Shown: positions 1-8,610, counted from the stretch's first letter. The stretch is DNA of 32,000 bases from Candidatus Saccharimonadota bacterium (GCA_963705375.1 OY970071.1:300001-332000), one strand, 5' to 3'. Notes: generated from the letters alone by a model not told the origin. Program-made: numbers and translations.

Positions 1-101
1 CACCAGTGGTCTTTGACAGTCTTTGAAGTTGTTAGTGCTCGTGCCTTGAAGAGGTCAGTTATTTCATGTTTATTGGCATAACCAGCGGACGATGCTATCA
101 T
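1..101 (-). CDS. 5' end of an unclassified ORF that runs off the window start
   Basis: ATG at 101 (minus) opens MIASSAGYANKHEITDLFKARALTTSKTVKDHW.. with no stop before position 1. A TATA-like element at 127-135 lies ~31 nt upstream. Only 33 codons are visible and it is below the ORF-track cutoff. Confidence 0.3.
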   Translation of the reverse strand, partial: MIASSAGYANKHEITDLFKARALTTSKTVKDHW

Positions 102-126
102 TCAAACCTTCTGCGCGGGGAAAGCA

Positions 127-135
127 TTATTAAAT
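127..135. promoter_or_regulatory. single TATA-like box (TTATTAAAT) midway between divergent start codons at 101 (-) and 162 (+)
   Basis: It is the only AT-rich box in the 60-nt spacer. Its centre (~131) is ~31 nt from each start codon, consistent with archaeal TATA spacing and near-leaderless transcripts. Confidence 0.4.
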
Positions 136-161
136 CGAAATCGAAGGAATAGACATGTCAA

Positions 162-992
162 ATGCCAGTACCGACTGATAGCATGGAATTGGTCTTCAAC
201 ACGAACAAGCACCTACGAAAGTTGGTGGCAGTCTGGGATCTTTTTGGGCCTCCTGACGCTCCCGCCAACCGGCTTGACCCGCGTTTCTTCGGAAAAGATT
301 TCAACACCTCTGCTGCCATCTCGGCAGAGATGCGAAAGTACGAAAAGGGCGACCTGTGGGTTGCGTTTCTGGATAAGAACATGCATGAAAGCGAAAATGC
401 AGCAAGGTTCCCTGACTTAAGGGACATGCTCACCACCTTAAACATTCCCATGGAGGATGACGATAGCAAATTCTTCAAAGAAGTAAAGGCATCCTTGGTG
501 GCCGATTTCAAGAAACATGAGGAAGATATCGAAGTGTGGCTGGAGCGCATATTCGGGTTCAAACTACCCGTAGAAGTTAATCTGGTGGTTGACCACTATT
601 ATGCCAAGAATACCGGAGGTTCTAGCTTATCGTCAGACCCGGCTATTGTATCATTACGAATGAGAGAGTATGCCAATGAGTATGTGGGAGTGCTCTTGCA
701 TGAACTTTTGCATTCACTGGTAAGGAAAGCAAAGATATTTGCCACTTCAAGCATGGGAAATGGCAGTTTCGAGGAGGCACTTCTGGACTATTTCGCCCCG
801 GCAGGATTGCTTGACTGGAAAGCAGGCCTGATTGCGTCTTTAGACGTGATAGAACATCAGAGGCGCTGCGAACGACTTAGGCCTTATGCTTCAGGAAATT
901 CAAGAATGCTATTGCCGTTTATCCAAGAGTACTCTACTATATGCGGCGAGAAGACCATCTGGCAGTTCCTGAAAGAGAAGAGCATCATATGA
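162..992 (+). CDS. hypothetical protein with zincin-type HExxH motif (putative metallopeptidase)
   Basis: 276-aa ORF. HELLH is encoded at 699-713, followed ~20 residues later by FEEALLDY, a possible third-ligand Glu at gluzincin-like spacing. No family recognised beyond the motif. Confidence 0.6.
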   Translation: MPVPTDSMELVFNTNKHLRKLVAVWDLFGPPDAPANRLDPRFFGKDFNTSAAISAEMRKYEKGDLWVAFLDKNMHESENAARFPDLRDMLTTLNIPMEDDDSKFFKEVKASLVADFKKHEEDIEVWLERIFGFKLPVEVNLVVDHYYAKNTGGSSLSSDPAIVSLRMREYANEYVGVLLHELLHSLVRKAKIFATSSMGNGSFEEALLDYFAPAGLLDWKAGLIASLDVIEHQRRCERLRPYASGNSRMLLPFIQEYSTICGEKTIWQFLKEKSII

Positions 993-1170
993 CGCTTCTG
1001 CCGTGCGACGCTGCATTAATTTGGGATCCTAAAACTTCCACTAAAGACAAAAATACAGAGCGCTTTTTAATCTTTCATACTATCAAAAGCGTGCTGTGAA
1101 TGCGTAACTGACCAGACGCATCAAGTACCACAGCAAGCACCATTTAGGCGACATTTATAGAGGGACCGTT

Positions 1171-1479
1171 ATGGATATACGTAGCAGCAGGCTTCGCTTA
1201 AGCACCGAACACAAAGAGTTCATTAAGGACCTGACGACCTTGATGGTCGGTTATACCCCCGTTTCAGGCGCAGTTGGCATCATAACATTCGGCAATAAAT
1301 GGTTTGGGCAAAAGAGATCACTCCACCGTACGGTTGAATATATGGTGGAATATGTAAAAGAGTGCAACAGAAAGAGCTACATAAAAAAACGTAGTAGAAG
1401 GATAGGCGAGGCGCATAGGAAGCTGGGCAATAAGTATCACCCGAATGAGAATATGGCCATTAAGAATATTGTAAAATGA
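1171..1479 (+). CDS. hypothetical small basic protein
   Basis: 102-aa ORF with a Lys/Arg-rich C-terminal half and no recognisable motif. The TATA-like TTTATAGA at 1153-1160 is rather close to the ATG, so the start is uncertain. Confidence 0.4.
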   Translation: MDIRSSRLRLSTEHKEFIKDLTTLMVGYTPVSGAVGIITFGNKWFGQKRSLHRTVEYMVEYVKECNRKSYIKKRSRRIGEAHRKLGNKYHPNENMAIKNIVK

Positions 1480-1678
1480 ATAGCACATCTCACACACGCC
1501 AACTCAGAAGAATTGCATGCTGTTGCACCATATTGTGCCGAATTATTCGCACCCGAAACTTAAAGCGCGGATAACGTGGAGGCGCCTTGTTTAAAGTTCA
1601 AATCTCTACAAAAATCAAAGGCACCTAAGCATAGTGTGCTCGGATTTCTAGGATACTGCCATGAATGAAAGAGCAGTG

Positions 1679-2182
1679 TTATTTTATGCCTAGAGCAGCA
1701 AGAATGCTTGTGGTTACTCTTTTTATCCAGCTTGTTTTATTGGGCTGTTTGACAGAGGTGTCAATGCTGTTGTCTCTTGCTTGAGTTCCGAAAGTTAGAA
1801 TATCGGCAGATGGGAGCGTTCCTTGAATTTCTTGACTCATATTCGGACTATCGACAGAGAGGGATACTCCTTGCATTTCTTGGTCCATATTTGGACTATC
1901 GACAGATGGAAGAGTTCCTTGCATTACTTGGCCCATATTGTGTTGATTTAGCCACAGATCCCCTGTTCCGCTTAGTCTTAAGGACATCATATTGAAACTA
2001 TCCTGGAGGAACATAAAATCAATGCCGTGCCGATGCACTTCTTCTTCGATCTTTATACGATCTCTTGCTGGCACGATGATTAATCCGTCTTCGATTAGAT
2101 TGTAGATTTCCGTACTCAGCGTCTTTCTGTTTTCAGAAATGCTTGTTTCGGTTATATTAAAAAGTCCGAGCAAATAGCCCAT
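1679..2182 (-). CDS. hypothetical protein with three 16-residue tandem repeats; possible HTH at the N-terminus
   Basis: 167-aa ORF with the repeat SPNM(D/S)QE(M/I)QG..S.D x3. The N-terminal LGLFNITETSISENRKTLSTEIYNLIEDGLII looks like an HTH recognition-helix region. The frame stays open upstream to 2266 without a canonical start (see findings). Confidence 0.5.
   Translation of the reverse strand: MGYLLGLFNITETSISENRKTLSTEIYNLIEDGLIIVPARDRIKIEEEVHRHGIDFMFLQDSFNMMSLRLSGTGDLWLNQHNMGQVMQGTLPSVDSPNMDQEMQGVSLSVDSPNMSQEIQGTLPSADILTFGTQARDNSIDTSVKQPNKTSWIKRVTTSILAALGIK
1800..1943. repeat. 3 x 48-nt in-frame tandem repeat inside CDS 1679-2182
   Basis: Plus-strand units: tatcggcagatggg..attcgga / ctatcgacagagaggg..atttgga / ctatcgacagatggaag..attgtgt. 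They are imperfect copies with a 48-nt period. Confidence 0.8.
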
Positions 2183-2513
2183 ATCATAGAGTCCGTCGCC
2201 TTCAAGTGGCTTTTTCAGCTCTGAGAGTATGGATTCTCTTGTTATTTCTGGAATGGAATCACTATTTCAGATTTTTGGCAGCCAGCGGCACCTTCTGTGT
2301 TGTCTTCTATTCAACATAACTAGAAAATATAATACCAATAGTATGTAGGCTCCGATTTCAATTGCGAAGATGTCATTTTGAATAGTAATCTGTTTTAATT
2401 TCATTGCTCTAAGACAGAAAGTAGCATATTAATTGTGGGAAGATGCACGCAAGATCTTTCTGCAGAGGACGACTTCTGAATTCGACATACAGTACAGAAC
2501 GACAGAAGAGAAG

Positions 2514-2525
2514 GAATAAGTATCT
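2514..2525 (+). promoter_or_regulatory. TATA-like box GAATAAGTATCT
   Basis: Centre is ~27 nt upstream of ATG 2547 (leaderless geometry). It shares the TAARTATCT motif seen at other promoters in this window. Confidence 0.5.
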
Positions 2526-2546
2526 GACTGAATGGATTTGGAGTAG

Positions 2547-3203
2547 ATGATAATGGCAGAAGGACATCACACAGAACAACAAAAAGCCAGACCGCATTCG
2601 AACAGACAAAGGTCAGAGGAGAGGGATGCTTTCGTGCTCGAAGTCATGAAAAAGACAGAACGTGAAGAGTTTAGCAAGAAAGATATTGTGATGTTGCTCA
2701 GAGAGTATGATGATAAAAGAGACCCTAAATATTTAGCCAAAAATGCCTTTAGAGGTCTTCTACGAACCGGCAATATAGAAAGAGCTGAGAGGCGCGGATG
2801 CTACAGGCTTGTGAGGAAAGGAGGCGCAGATGAGGCGCATGACAGAGAGGACGTTAACGATACAGAACCGCAGATATACCGCATAAGATACTTCAGCATG
2901 TGCATGGCAGACGTCACACAGAAGGAGGCAGACAATGCATTGCGCTACTGCGAGCAGAACTGGCAGGATCAACACTGCACGGATAAGTGCGGTTTCAGAA
3001 TCACGATGGATTACACTGCAGACATCCAACAGCTTAGGGCCCGTATCGAGAGCAATGCAACACACTCAAAAGAGGATACAGAAGAGGCAATGGCATTCTT
3101 TGTCAGCACATTGAGGGAGATAAACGACTACTGCTTGGAATGCAGGTACGATATAGAAGATATTGAAAAGGCAGTTTTCGGCGAGCGCAGAGATACCGCA
3201 TAA
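2547..3203 (+). CDS. hypothetical protein, possible winged-helix N-terminal domain plus Cys/His cluster
   Basis: 218-aa ORF. The N-terminal part (..KKDIVMLLREY..LLRTGNIERAERRGCYRLV) has a wHTH-like wing pattern. The C-terminal part has YCEQNWQDQHCTDKC and CLEC, a possible Zn site. Function not established. Confidence 0.55.
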   Translation: MIMAEGHHTEQQKARPHSNRQRSEERDAFVLEVMKKTEREEFSKKDIVMLLREYDDKRDPKYLAKNAFRGLLRTGNIERAERRGCYRLVRKGGADEAHDREDVNDTEPQIYRIRYFSMCMADVTQKEADNALRYCEQNWQDQHCTDKCGFRITMDYTADIQQLRARIESNATHSKEDTEEAMAFFVSTLREINDYCLECRYDIEDIEKAVFGERRDTA

Positions 3204-3345
3204 AGGGAGGACGTCACAGACAAATAAAAAGCATTGAATTTGTCAGATCAAACAGTGTTGAATACATACTGAGTCGTTCGAGTAACTAGATGAATACATA
3301 TAAAACATATTTTCGTATTGTCAGTATAAAATAAAGAGTGGTTGA

Positions 3346-3504
3346 GTGTCTGATAAAACCAAGACGAAACGGGACAGCGCCAAAGAATTCGAGATCATAA
3401 ACATGCTTGTGGATGAGCGCAGAGTTGAGGAGGCCGTGGATGAGAATATAGACGCATGGCGGACGCGTTTCATGCGTCAGCGGGAGGGCAGCGATGCCAA
3501 ATAA
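3346..3504 (+). CDS. possible small ORF (52 aa, GTG start)
   Basis: GTG..TAA frame encoding MSDKTKTKRDSAKEFEIINMLVDERRVEEAVDENIDAWRTRFMRQREGSDAK. TATAAAATAAAG at ~3322-3333 lies ~20 nt upstream. No homology recognised and it could be spurious. Confidence 0.25.
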   Translation: MSDKTKTKRDSAKEFEIINMLVDERRVEEAVDENIDAWRTRFMRQREGSDAK

Positions 3505-3643
3505 ATCTCAAGAATACTGCACGTACAAACGGAATCTGCGCTTCGTATGCGATAATTTGATGCCCGGCATAACTTGGCTTATTGGACAAAGCAGCATGAA
3601 GCAAAAGCACACCATACGGAAATGATGCTGCACCGAAGCATTC

Positions 3644-4180
3644 TCAATGTTGCTTTTTGAATTTGCTGTTGTAGCTGTCCATCGCCTTGGCTATGACCTC
3701 TTTTGCAACAGACACGTCCTTCCAGCCAGTTATTTTGGTCTCTTTACCCTCAAGATGCTTGTAAACTTCAAAGAAGTGGACGATCTCCTTTAGCGTGTGC
3801 TCGTCTATGCCGGTTATATCGGCATCTTCCTTATGCTTCGGGTCGTTCTTTATGACGCAAAGGATCTTTTCATCCAAACCACCCTGGTCTTCCGTGATGA
3901 GAACGCCTATAACCCTGGCCTCTATCAATATGCCAGGATACGTCGGCTTATCGGAGATTATCATTGCATCCAGAGGATCCCCGTCTCCCGAAAGGGTCTT
4001 CGGTATGAGCCCGTAATCGCCAGGATAGTAGACTGGAGAGAACAGAACCCTGTCTAGCTTCATCAGATTATGCTCTTTATCGTACTCGTACTTGTTGCTG
4101 CTCCCTTTCGGTATCTCTACGATCACATTCACCACATTAGGCGCGTCGGGACCCGCTTCTATGTCATGCCACAAATTCAT
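3644..4180 (-). CDS. ppa: inorganic pyrophosphatase (family I)
   Basis: 178 aa with the hallmark family I pattern: IEIPKGSSNKYEYDKE, DRVLFSPVYYPGDYGLIP, DGDPLDAMI, DEKILCV. A GAGGTG Shine-Dalgarno site (4186-4191 on the plus strand) lies just upstream of the ATG. Confidence 0.95.
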   Translation of the reverse strand: MNLWHDIEAGPDAPNVVNVIVEIPKGSSNKYEYDKEHNLMKLDRVLFSPVYYPGDYGLIPKTLSGDGDPLDAMIISDKPTYPGILIEARVIGVLITEDQGGLDEKILCVIKNDPKHKEDADITGIDEHTLKEIVHFFEVYKHLEGKETKITGWKDVSVAKEVIAKAMDSYNSKFKKQH

Positions 4181-4485
4181 GCATACACCTCATTCTATTT
4201 GAATGGAATTTTCTACAAAGTACAGGCTTGTCTTATTTGTAATCCGGCAAAGCGCACCAGACAAACTGTTAGCAGCAAGTAATTGCATATATCGCGCGGA
4301 ACAACCTCATATATGGGAGGTATGCGCTGCCTATTATCGCCGCAGTTAACGAATCTCGTAAAGACAGGGATCTTTCACTGGCGAAGCAGGCGTCAGCATC
4401 TTATGAGACGGCACAGCTCCTTGCTTCAGGTTAAACAGCCTGAAGCTTGACCAACGGATAATTAACACGGGCCAGAAACCAAAAG

Positions 4486-4496
4486 TATAAGTATCT
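4486..4496 (+). promoter_or_regulatory. TATA-like box TATAAGTATCT
   Basis: Same motif as other promoters here. It would give a ~85-nt leader to ATG 4602, which is preceded by a GTGATG SD-like sequence. Confidence 0.35.
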
Positions 4497-4601
4497 CATA
4501 AAAGGCATATCCGGCAGAAGCGAGCATGCTGCAAACAGTGTCGAACAGCGAACAGAGAGGAAGCTGCATCCGGATGAATAGGAGCAGCATAGAGTGATGA
4601 A

Positions 4602-5339
4602 ATGCCTAGTGCAAAGAAAACTTCCAAATCAGCGATCAAAGAAGCGGCGCCGGAGTCTGAATCGGAGCTTCAAGGATTTCTGCGTATAAGCGAAAAGTGG
4701 CGCGCAATTCTGGACGAAGGAAACGCAGCGATAGTCCTCAACTTCGGAATAATATCAACTAAAGAAGAGAAAGGCGCCGTGAAGTGCTACATGGCGTTCC
4801 CGGACGAGTTCGCCCCGGAGATTGCAAAAAAGCTCAAGGAGGGAGACAAGCAGGACATCGAGTTTGAGATAGAGAAGGAAGGAATCGCAGTAATCCTTAA
4901 AAATGTAGACAAAATGTTTGACTTAGCTGGCTTAAAAACAGAGACTCAGGAAGCTACACCAGGATCTGAATCCTGGCGTCAAAAGATACAGCTATCGGAG
5001 TCTAAAGATATACGTATAAGCGAAGAGTGGAACGCAGCTCTGGACGAAGGAAAAGCCAAGATAATCCCCAGTTTCGACATAATAGCAAATGAAGAGGAAG
5101 GCATCATGAAGTGCTACATGGCTTTCCCGGATAAGTTAGTCGCAAAGATCGATAAGACGGAGAAGGAAGGGCATAAGCAGATATTCAATCTGGAGCTAGA
5201 GGAGAGAGGAATCACGGTGAAACATGGAGACAAAGGAAACGCATCTGACATAACTGACATAAAAAGAGATGAAACGAAGCCAGACACTCCCAAAAAGACC
5301 AATGCCCCAAAGAACAACGACTACATGCTATACTCATAA
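4602..5339 (+). CDS. hypothetical protein built from two tandem copies of a ~75-residue domain
   Basis: 245 aa. Residues 27-100 and 137-208 align: (L/I)RISE(K/E)W.A.LDEG.A.I...F.II...EE....KCYMAFPD....I.K..KEG.KQ....E.E..GI.V. The tail is Lys/Thr/Pro-rich. Confidence 0.7.
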   Translation: MPSAKKTSKSAIKEAAPESESELQGFLRISEKWRAILDEGNAAIVLNFGIISTKEEKGAVKCYMAFPDEFAPEIAKKLKEGDKQDIEFEIEKEGIAVILKNVDKMFDLAGLKTETQEATPGSESWRQKIQLSESKDIRISEEWNAALDEGKAKIIPSFDIIANEEEGIMKCYMAFPDKLVAKIDKTEKEGHKQIFNLELEERGITVKHGDKGNASDITDIKRDETKPDTPKKTNAPKNNDYMLYS

Positions 5340-5406
5340 TCTGAAAAGCCGGAAAGCCCGTGATGGAGCCTATGATCAGCTTGCCTCGCCGTAGCTGGAA
5401 GGCACA

Positions 5407-5787
5407 TTATTTGTAATATTTCCCATCATGCACGCAGAAAATCCCCTTTTTAGAAATCCACTTTTGCCGTTCTCTTGATGTGAATTTTCTAATTCCATAA
5501 TTACGGATATACTCTAGATTTTCTATCTCACTCATGCCGAAGCGTCTCCGGTATCTTTCATCCAATCGCACCAATCGACCACACGGAAACTCTTTGCAAC
5601 TGAAGCAGAATTTGCCTCTTCGCTTGTCGCAAAGCCTCAGTTTGCAACAAGTGCGAGTTTTAGGTCTGTTTTGTTCGGCATAATTGCATCCGCAGCAAGG
5701 ATTATTCTGGCGCAAATGTACTCTGCAGATTCCGCAGTTCATTCCGCAAGGCGCAATCAGCTTATAGCCAAATCCCAGCTCGTGCAT
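5407..5787 (-). CDS. DUF3795-like cysteine-rich protein
   Basis: 126 aa. The APCGMNCGICRVH..CCGCN..CKLRLC..CFSCKEFPCGRL pattern matches the CGxxCxxC...C.GC...C..C..FPC layout I associate with DUF3795. Confidence 0.7.
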   Translation of the reverse strand: MHELGFGYKLIAPCGMNCGICRVHLRQNNPCCGCNYAEQNRPKTRTCCKLRLCDKRRGKFCFSCKEFPCGRLVRLDERYRRRFGMSEIENLEYIRNYGIRKFTSRERQKWISKKGIFCVHDGKYYK

Positions 5788-5811
5788 TTTTTCACATACA
5801 GCGTTATTCTC

Positions 5812-5822
5812 AGATATTTAAC
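5812..5822 (-). promoter_or_regulatory. TATA-like box (minus strand GTTAAATATCT)
   Basis: Centre is ~30 nt upstream of ATG 5787, giving leaderless geometry. Confidence 0.5.
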
Positions 5823-5902
5823 TTTCTTTCTTATAGTTAAAGGCCAGACCATATATAACCCGGGCAAACCGGCAGGGAGACATGGCTGCAGGCGCTGGTT
5901 TT

Positions 5903-6391
5903 TCAGCCAAGATGAGGCAACCATTTTCCAGTTCGTCTCTTATACGCCCCATATTTGTCTCCGAACTTTCTCTCAAGAAAACTTTCCTCAAAGCTCGCAA
6001 TATAGTTGAAGAAGGGGGCCATCGCCGCAACCACCAGCAACGAGAGAATAGAGAAAGTGTAGATAGCAATTCCCAGGTACATCAGAATTGTAGCCAGATA
6101 GAGAGGATGCCTCACATATCTGAATGCGCCGTCTGTTTTCAGAACAGTGGGCCTCTCGCCATGATGTGGCGTCACGTTATGCCCAGACTTGTAAAGGAAG
6201 GCGGATAGAATAAATAATGCCATCGTGACTGAGAACCTTATATAAAAAGGTAAGAAAGCCGAGACGAATGCAGAAAGGTGCAGGAAGAACGAATCACCGA
6301 TCCAAACTGCAAGAAACAATATGAAAAACAGGGATTGCCCAAGATCTCCCAAGGGATGTTCCCCGCCTTTATCCTTGATCTCTTTCTCCAT
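5903..6391 (-). CDS. isoprenylcysteine carboxyl methyltransferase (ICMT)/phospholipid methyltransferase family membrane protein
   Basis: 162 aa and polytopic. The C-terminal signature is RYVRHPLYLA....EE.FLERKFGDKYGAYKRRT, typical of the ICMT/PEMT family. Confidence 0.8.
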   Translation of the reverse strand: MEKEIKDKGGEHPLGDLGQSLFFILFLAVWIGDSFFLHLSAFVSAFLPFYIRFSVTMALFILSAFLYKSGHNVTPHHGERPTVLKTDGAFRYVRHPLYLATILMYLGIAIYTFSILSLLVVAAMAPFFNYIASFEESFLERKFGDKYGAYKRRTGKWLPHLG

Positions 6392-6508
6392 TAAATCTTA
6401 TTCCCGATTTTTGATCAATACCTACGTCACTTCTACGCAATAAACAGTTAAGCTGTATGCTGTGCACAGTTTATTAAAGTTTTTAGAACAATACCAGAAA
6501 GTGTGACT

Positions 6509-6964
6509 ATGAGGAAAATACTGGTTGCATATTACTCCAGAACAGGCACCACAGAGAAGGCAGCTTCTGAAATTGCAAAGGAATTGAAAGCAGAAATCGA
6601 TGAAATCGTCGATCTCAAGGACAGGAAAATGATGTTCATAGGTTTTCTCGTATCTGGAATGGACGCAGCAAAAGGCAACCTTACCAAAATAAAATACAAG
6701 AAAGATGCATCGAAATTCGACCTGGTGATTATCGGGACGCCGATATGGGCCGGAACTTTGACTCCTGCAGTCAGAACGTATCTGACTCGAAACAAACCTA
6801 AGAAAGTCGCATTCTTTTGCACATGCGAAGGCGATGGGAGGAAGGCCTTCGATGAGATGCAAAAGCTCGGCAAAAAACCCATAGCAACATTGATTGTATC
6901 AAAGAAAGACCTCAAAGAACATTCTTATGGGAAGATAAAAAATTTCTGCAAACGTCTTTTATAG
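6509..6964 (+). CDS. flavodoxin-like protein
   Basis: MRKILVAYYSRTGTTEKAA is a flavodoxin-type phosphate-binding loop, and FDLVIIGTPIWAG is also present. ATG 6509 is preferred over the in-frame GTG at 6503. Confidence 0.8.
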   Translation: MRKILVAYYSRTGTTEKAASEIAKELKAEIDEIVDLKDRKMMFIGFLVSGMDAAKGNLTKIKYKKDASKFDLVIIGTPIWAGTLTPAVRTYLTRNKPKKVAFFCTCEGDGRKAFDEMQKLGKKPIATLIVSKKDLKEHSYGKIKNFCKRLL

Positions 6965-7051
6965 TTGGCGGTTAGGCAGTATGAGGGCAAAAGGACCTTA
7001 CACGGTAGGAGTGTAAGCGCGTTTTTATTGTTTTTGCCAGATATAGTAGCC

Positions 7052-8491
7052 ATGAAATATACTCTTGCAGATCTCTTTCCGATTCTCCCGATAATCATAA
7101 TACTGGCTTTTGCCCTGACAGATGCCATCAGCGTATACCACATCGGCGGAGTAAACTGGGATTTTATTGCAGAGATACTCTATGCCAAGGCGATACTGGC
7201 TCCAAATTTTTATCTCGCACTTTTTAAGGGAAACCTGAATGCAGTAATAAATTATGGGAATAAGTTCTACTTTGAGACAATCCGGCCCCCGTTGATAGGA
7301 GTATTGATGATTCCGTTTATACTTCTGGGAGGAGATACATTCGTTCCGCTTTATCTTACATTCACACTCATGATGCTCCTGCTATCCGTATTTTACTTGT
7401 CCAAGATACTGGAGACAGACCCGCTATTGCTTACGCTATTGTTCTTTACGCCGTATGTGATATTCTACTTCTTAATGTTAAACGGCGCAGAGATAGTTTC
7501 GATGTGTTTTGTGCTTGTTTCTATAGGATTGATATTGAAGCGGAGATGGGACTCAGGAATAATGTTGGCAATTGCAGGGCTCGCAAAATACGATTCCCTG
7601 ATCTTCTTATTGTTGCTGCCTCTATTGCCCGAAAAGGTAAGGACTAAGGCGTTTGCATCTTTTGTACTAACAACCATGCCCTGGCTGATATTCAATACTA
7701 TCGTATTCCACAACCCAATATACAGTTATTTGTCATCCATCCACGCATTTAATGCCGATGCGCAGGGCGTATTTAACGTCGGCCTCATTTTCGAATCATT
7801 ACGGTTGGCTTTGCCTGATTTGATCCCTGCATTCATAATATTCGCATTGCTAGTATTATTCAGATATCTGAATAACCGGAAAAATCTGCGCAAAACAGCA
7901 ACCCAGATATTTGCTCTCGATTACAGATATCGCGTCGTCTTTGCCACTTTGATTATTGGTTTGTTTGGGTGGCTATTAACCGCAATATCCGGTTCGATAA
8001 ATGACCTGCCCAGGGAAGCGTACCTCATATATTTCGGCATTGCGCTGTTGCTTGGCATCTTGATCACTGATCTGTCAAACGTGAAGATAAAACTGCCTTT
8101 CAACAAGCCCATTTATGTCTATGCGTCAGCCGTTTTATTTATCGTGAGTCTTGGAATGCTGTTGTCCGCACATAATTCTCTTTATACGAATTATGTCTTT
8201 GGCCCGTACGGCTCGGCAAATCCATCACTCCGGAACGTCTCCAACGCACTACAAACTAAAGGCCTGATCAATTGTAGCGTGGTGTCAAATAATTGGGTAT
8301 ACTTGGACTATGTTGGCGTGCGAGCCCATTTCCCCTATTATTACAACGCAACAGTCCAAGGTTACCCAATAGTATACTTTACCAATATGGGATCGAACAG
8401 CACGCCGATCAACTTTGACAATGTAACAACAAGACTGAATTATACGAATTTCTATATAGCGTTCCCTAAGAATTGGAAATGTGTCAATTAG
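7052..8491 (+). CDS. polytopic membrane protein, possibly a GT-C-fold glycosyltransferase
   Basis: The track ORF opens at TTG 6965 right after the flavodoxin stop. ATG 7052 (MKYTLADLFPILPIIIILAF) follows a T-rich/TATA-like stretch (7023-7031) at leaderless distance. Many hydrophobic segments are followed by a C-terminal soluble part rich in N-x-S/T. The architecture is ArnT/PMT-like, but no WWDYG (AglB) motif was seen, so function is low confidence. Confidence 0.7.
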   Translation: MKYTLADLFPILPIIIILAFALTDAISVYHIGGVNWDFIAEILYAKAILAPNFYLALFKGNLNAVINYGNKFYFETIRPPLIGVLMIPFILLGGDTFVPLYLTFTLMMLLLSVFYLSKILETDPLLLTLLFFTPYVIFYFLMLNGAEIVSMCFVLVSIGLILKRRWDSGIMLAIAGLAKYDSLIFLLLLPLLPEKVRTKAFASFVLTTMPWLIFNTIVFHNPIYSYLSSIHAFNADAQGVFNVGLIFESLRLALPDLIPAFIIFALLVLFRYLNNRKNLRKTATQIFALDYRYRVVFATLIIGLFGWLLTAISGSINDLPREAYLIYFGIALLLGILITDLSNVKIKLPFNKPIYVYASAVLFIVSLGMLLSAHNSLYTNYVFGPYGSANPSLRNVSNALQTKGLINCSVVSNNWVYLDYVGVRAHFPYYYNATVQGYPIVYFTNMGSNSTPINFDNVTTRLNYTNFYIAFPKNWKCVN

Positions 8492-8586
8492 CTTCTGGTG
8501 TGGCGAGACGGATTATGCCCGATACTTATGGAAAAGGAGCCTCATTCTTTTTGTCAGATATGCTCAGCAAACAGCCACAAGGAAAA

Positions 8587-8600
8587 GAATAAATATCTCA
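8587..8600 (+). promoter_or_regulatory. TATA-like box GAATAAATATCTCA
   Basis: It lies upstream of ORF 8611-9168. The spacing favours initiation near the in-frame GTG at 8626. Confidence 0.45.
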
Positions 8601-8610
8601 TAAATATCAG

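Noticed and set aside
158-562. 134-aa minus-strand ORF overlapping the HExxH gene.
   Set aside because: It is Ser-rich, low-complexity and antisense to a longer ORF that has a motif and a promoter at the right distance.
1596-1604. T-loop-like GTTCAAATC suggesting a tRNA.
   Set aside because: The flanking bases (TAAAG / CTCTA) cannot form a T stem, and no acceptor or anticodon arms could be built.
3260-3272. 13-mer GAATACATACTGA shared between 3260-3272 and 19989-20001.
   Set aside because: A single exact 13-mer match within 32 kb is roughly what chance predicts. The flanks do not align.
3591-3631. Inverted repeat GCAGCAT..ATGCTGC with an internal AUGAUGC, considered as a C/D-box sRNA.
   Set aside because: The C-box-like element is at the wrong (3') end, with no matching D box (CUGA) or C'/D' pair. 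It is more likely a 3' hairpin downstream of ppa.
7052-8491. Membrane protein considered as the AglB oligosaccharyltransferase.
   Set aside because: There is no WWDYG-type motif. The nearest string, NNWVYLDYVG, is in the C-terminal soluble part and does not match.
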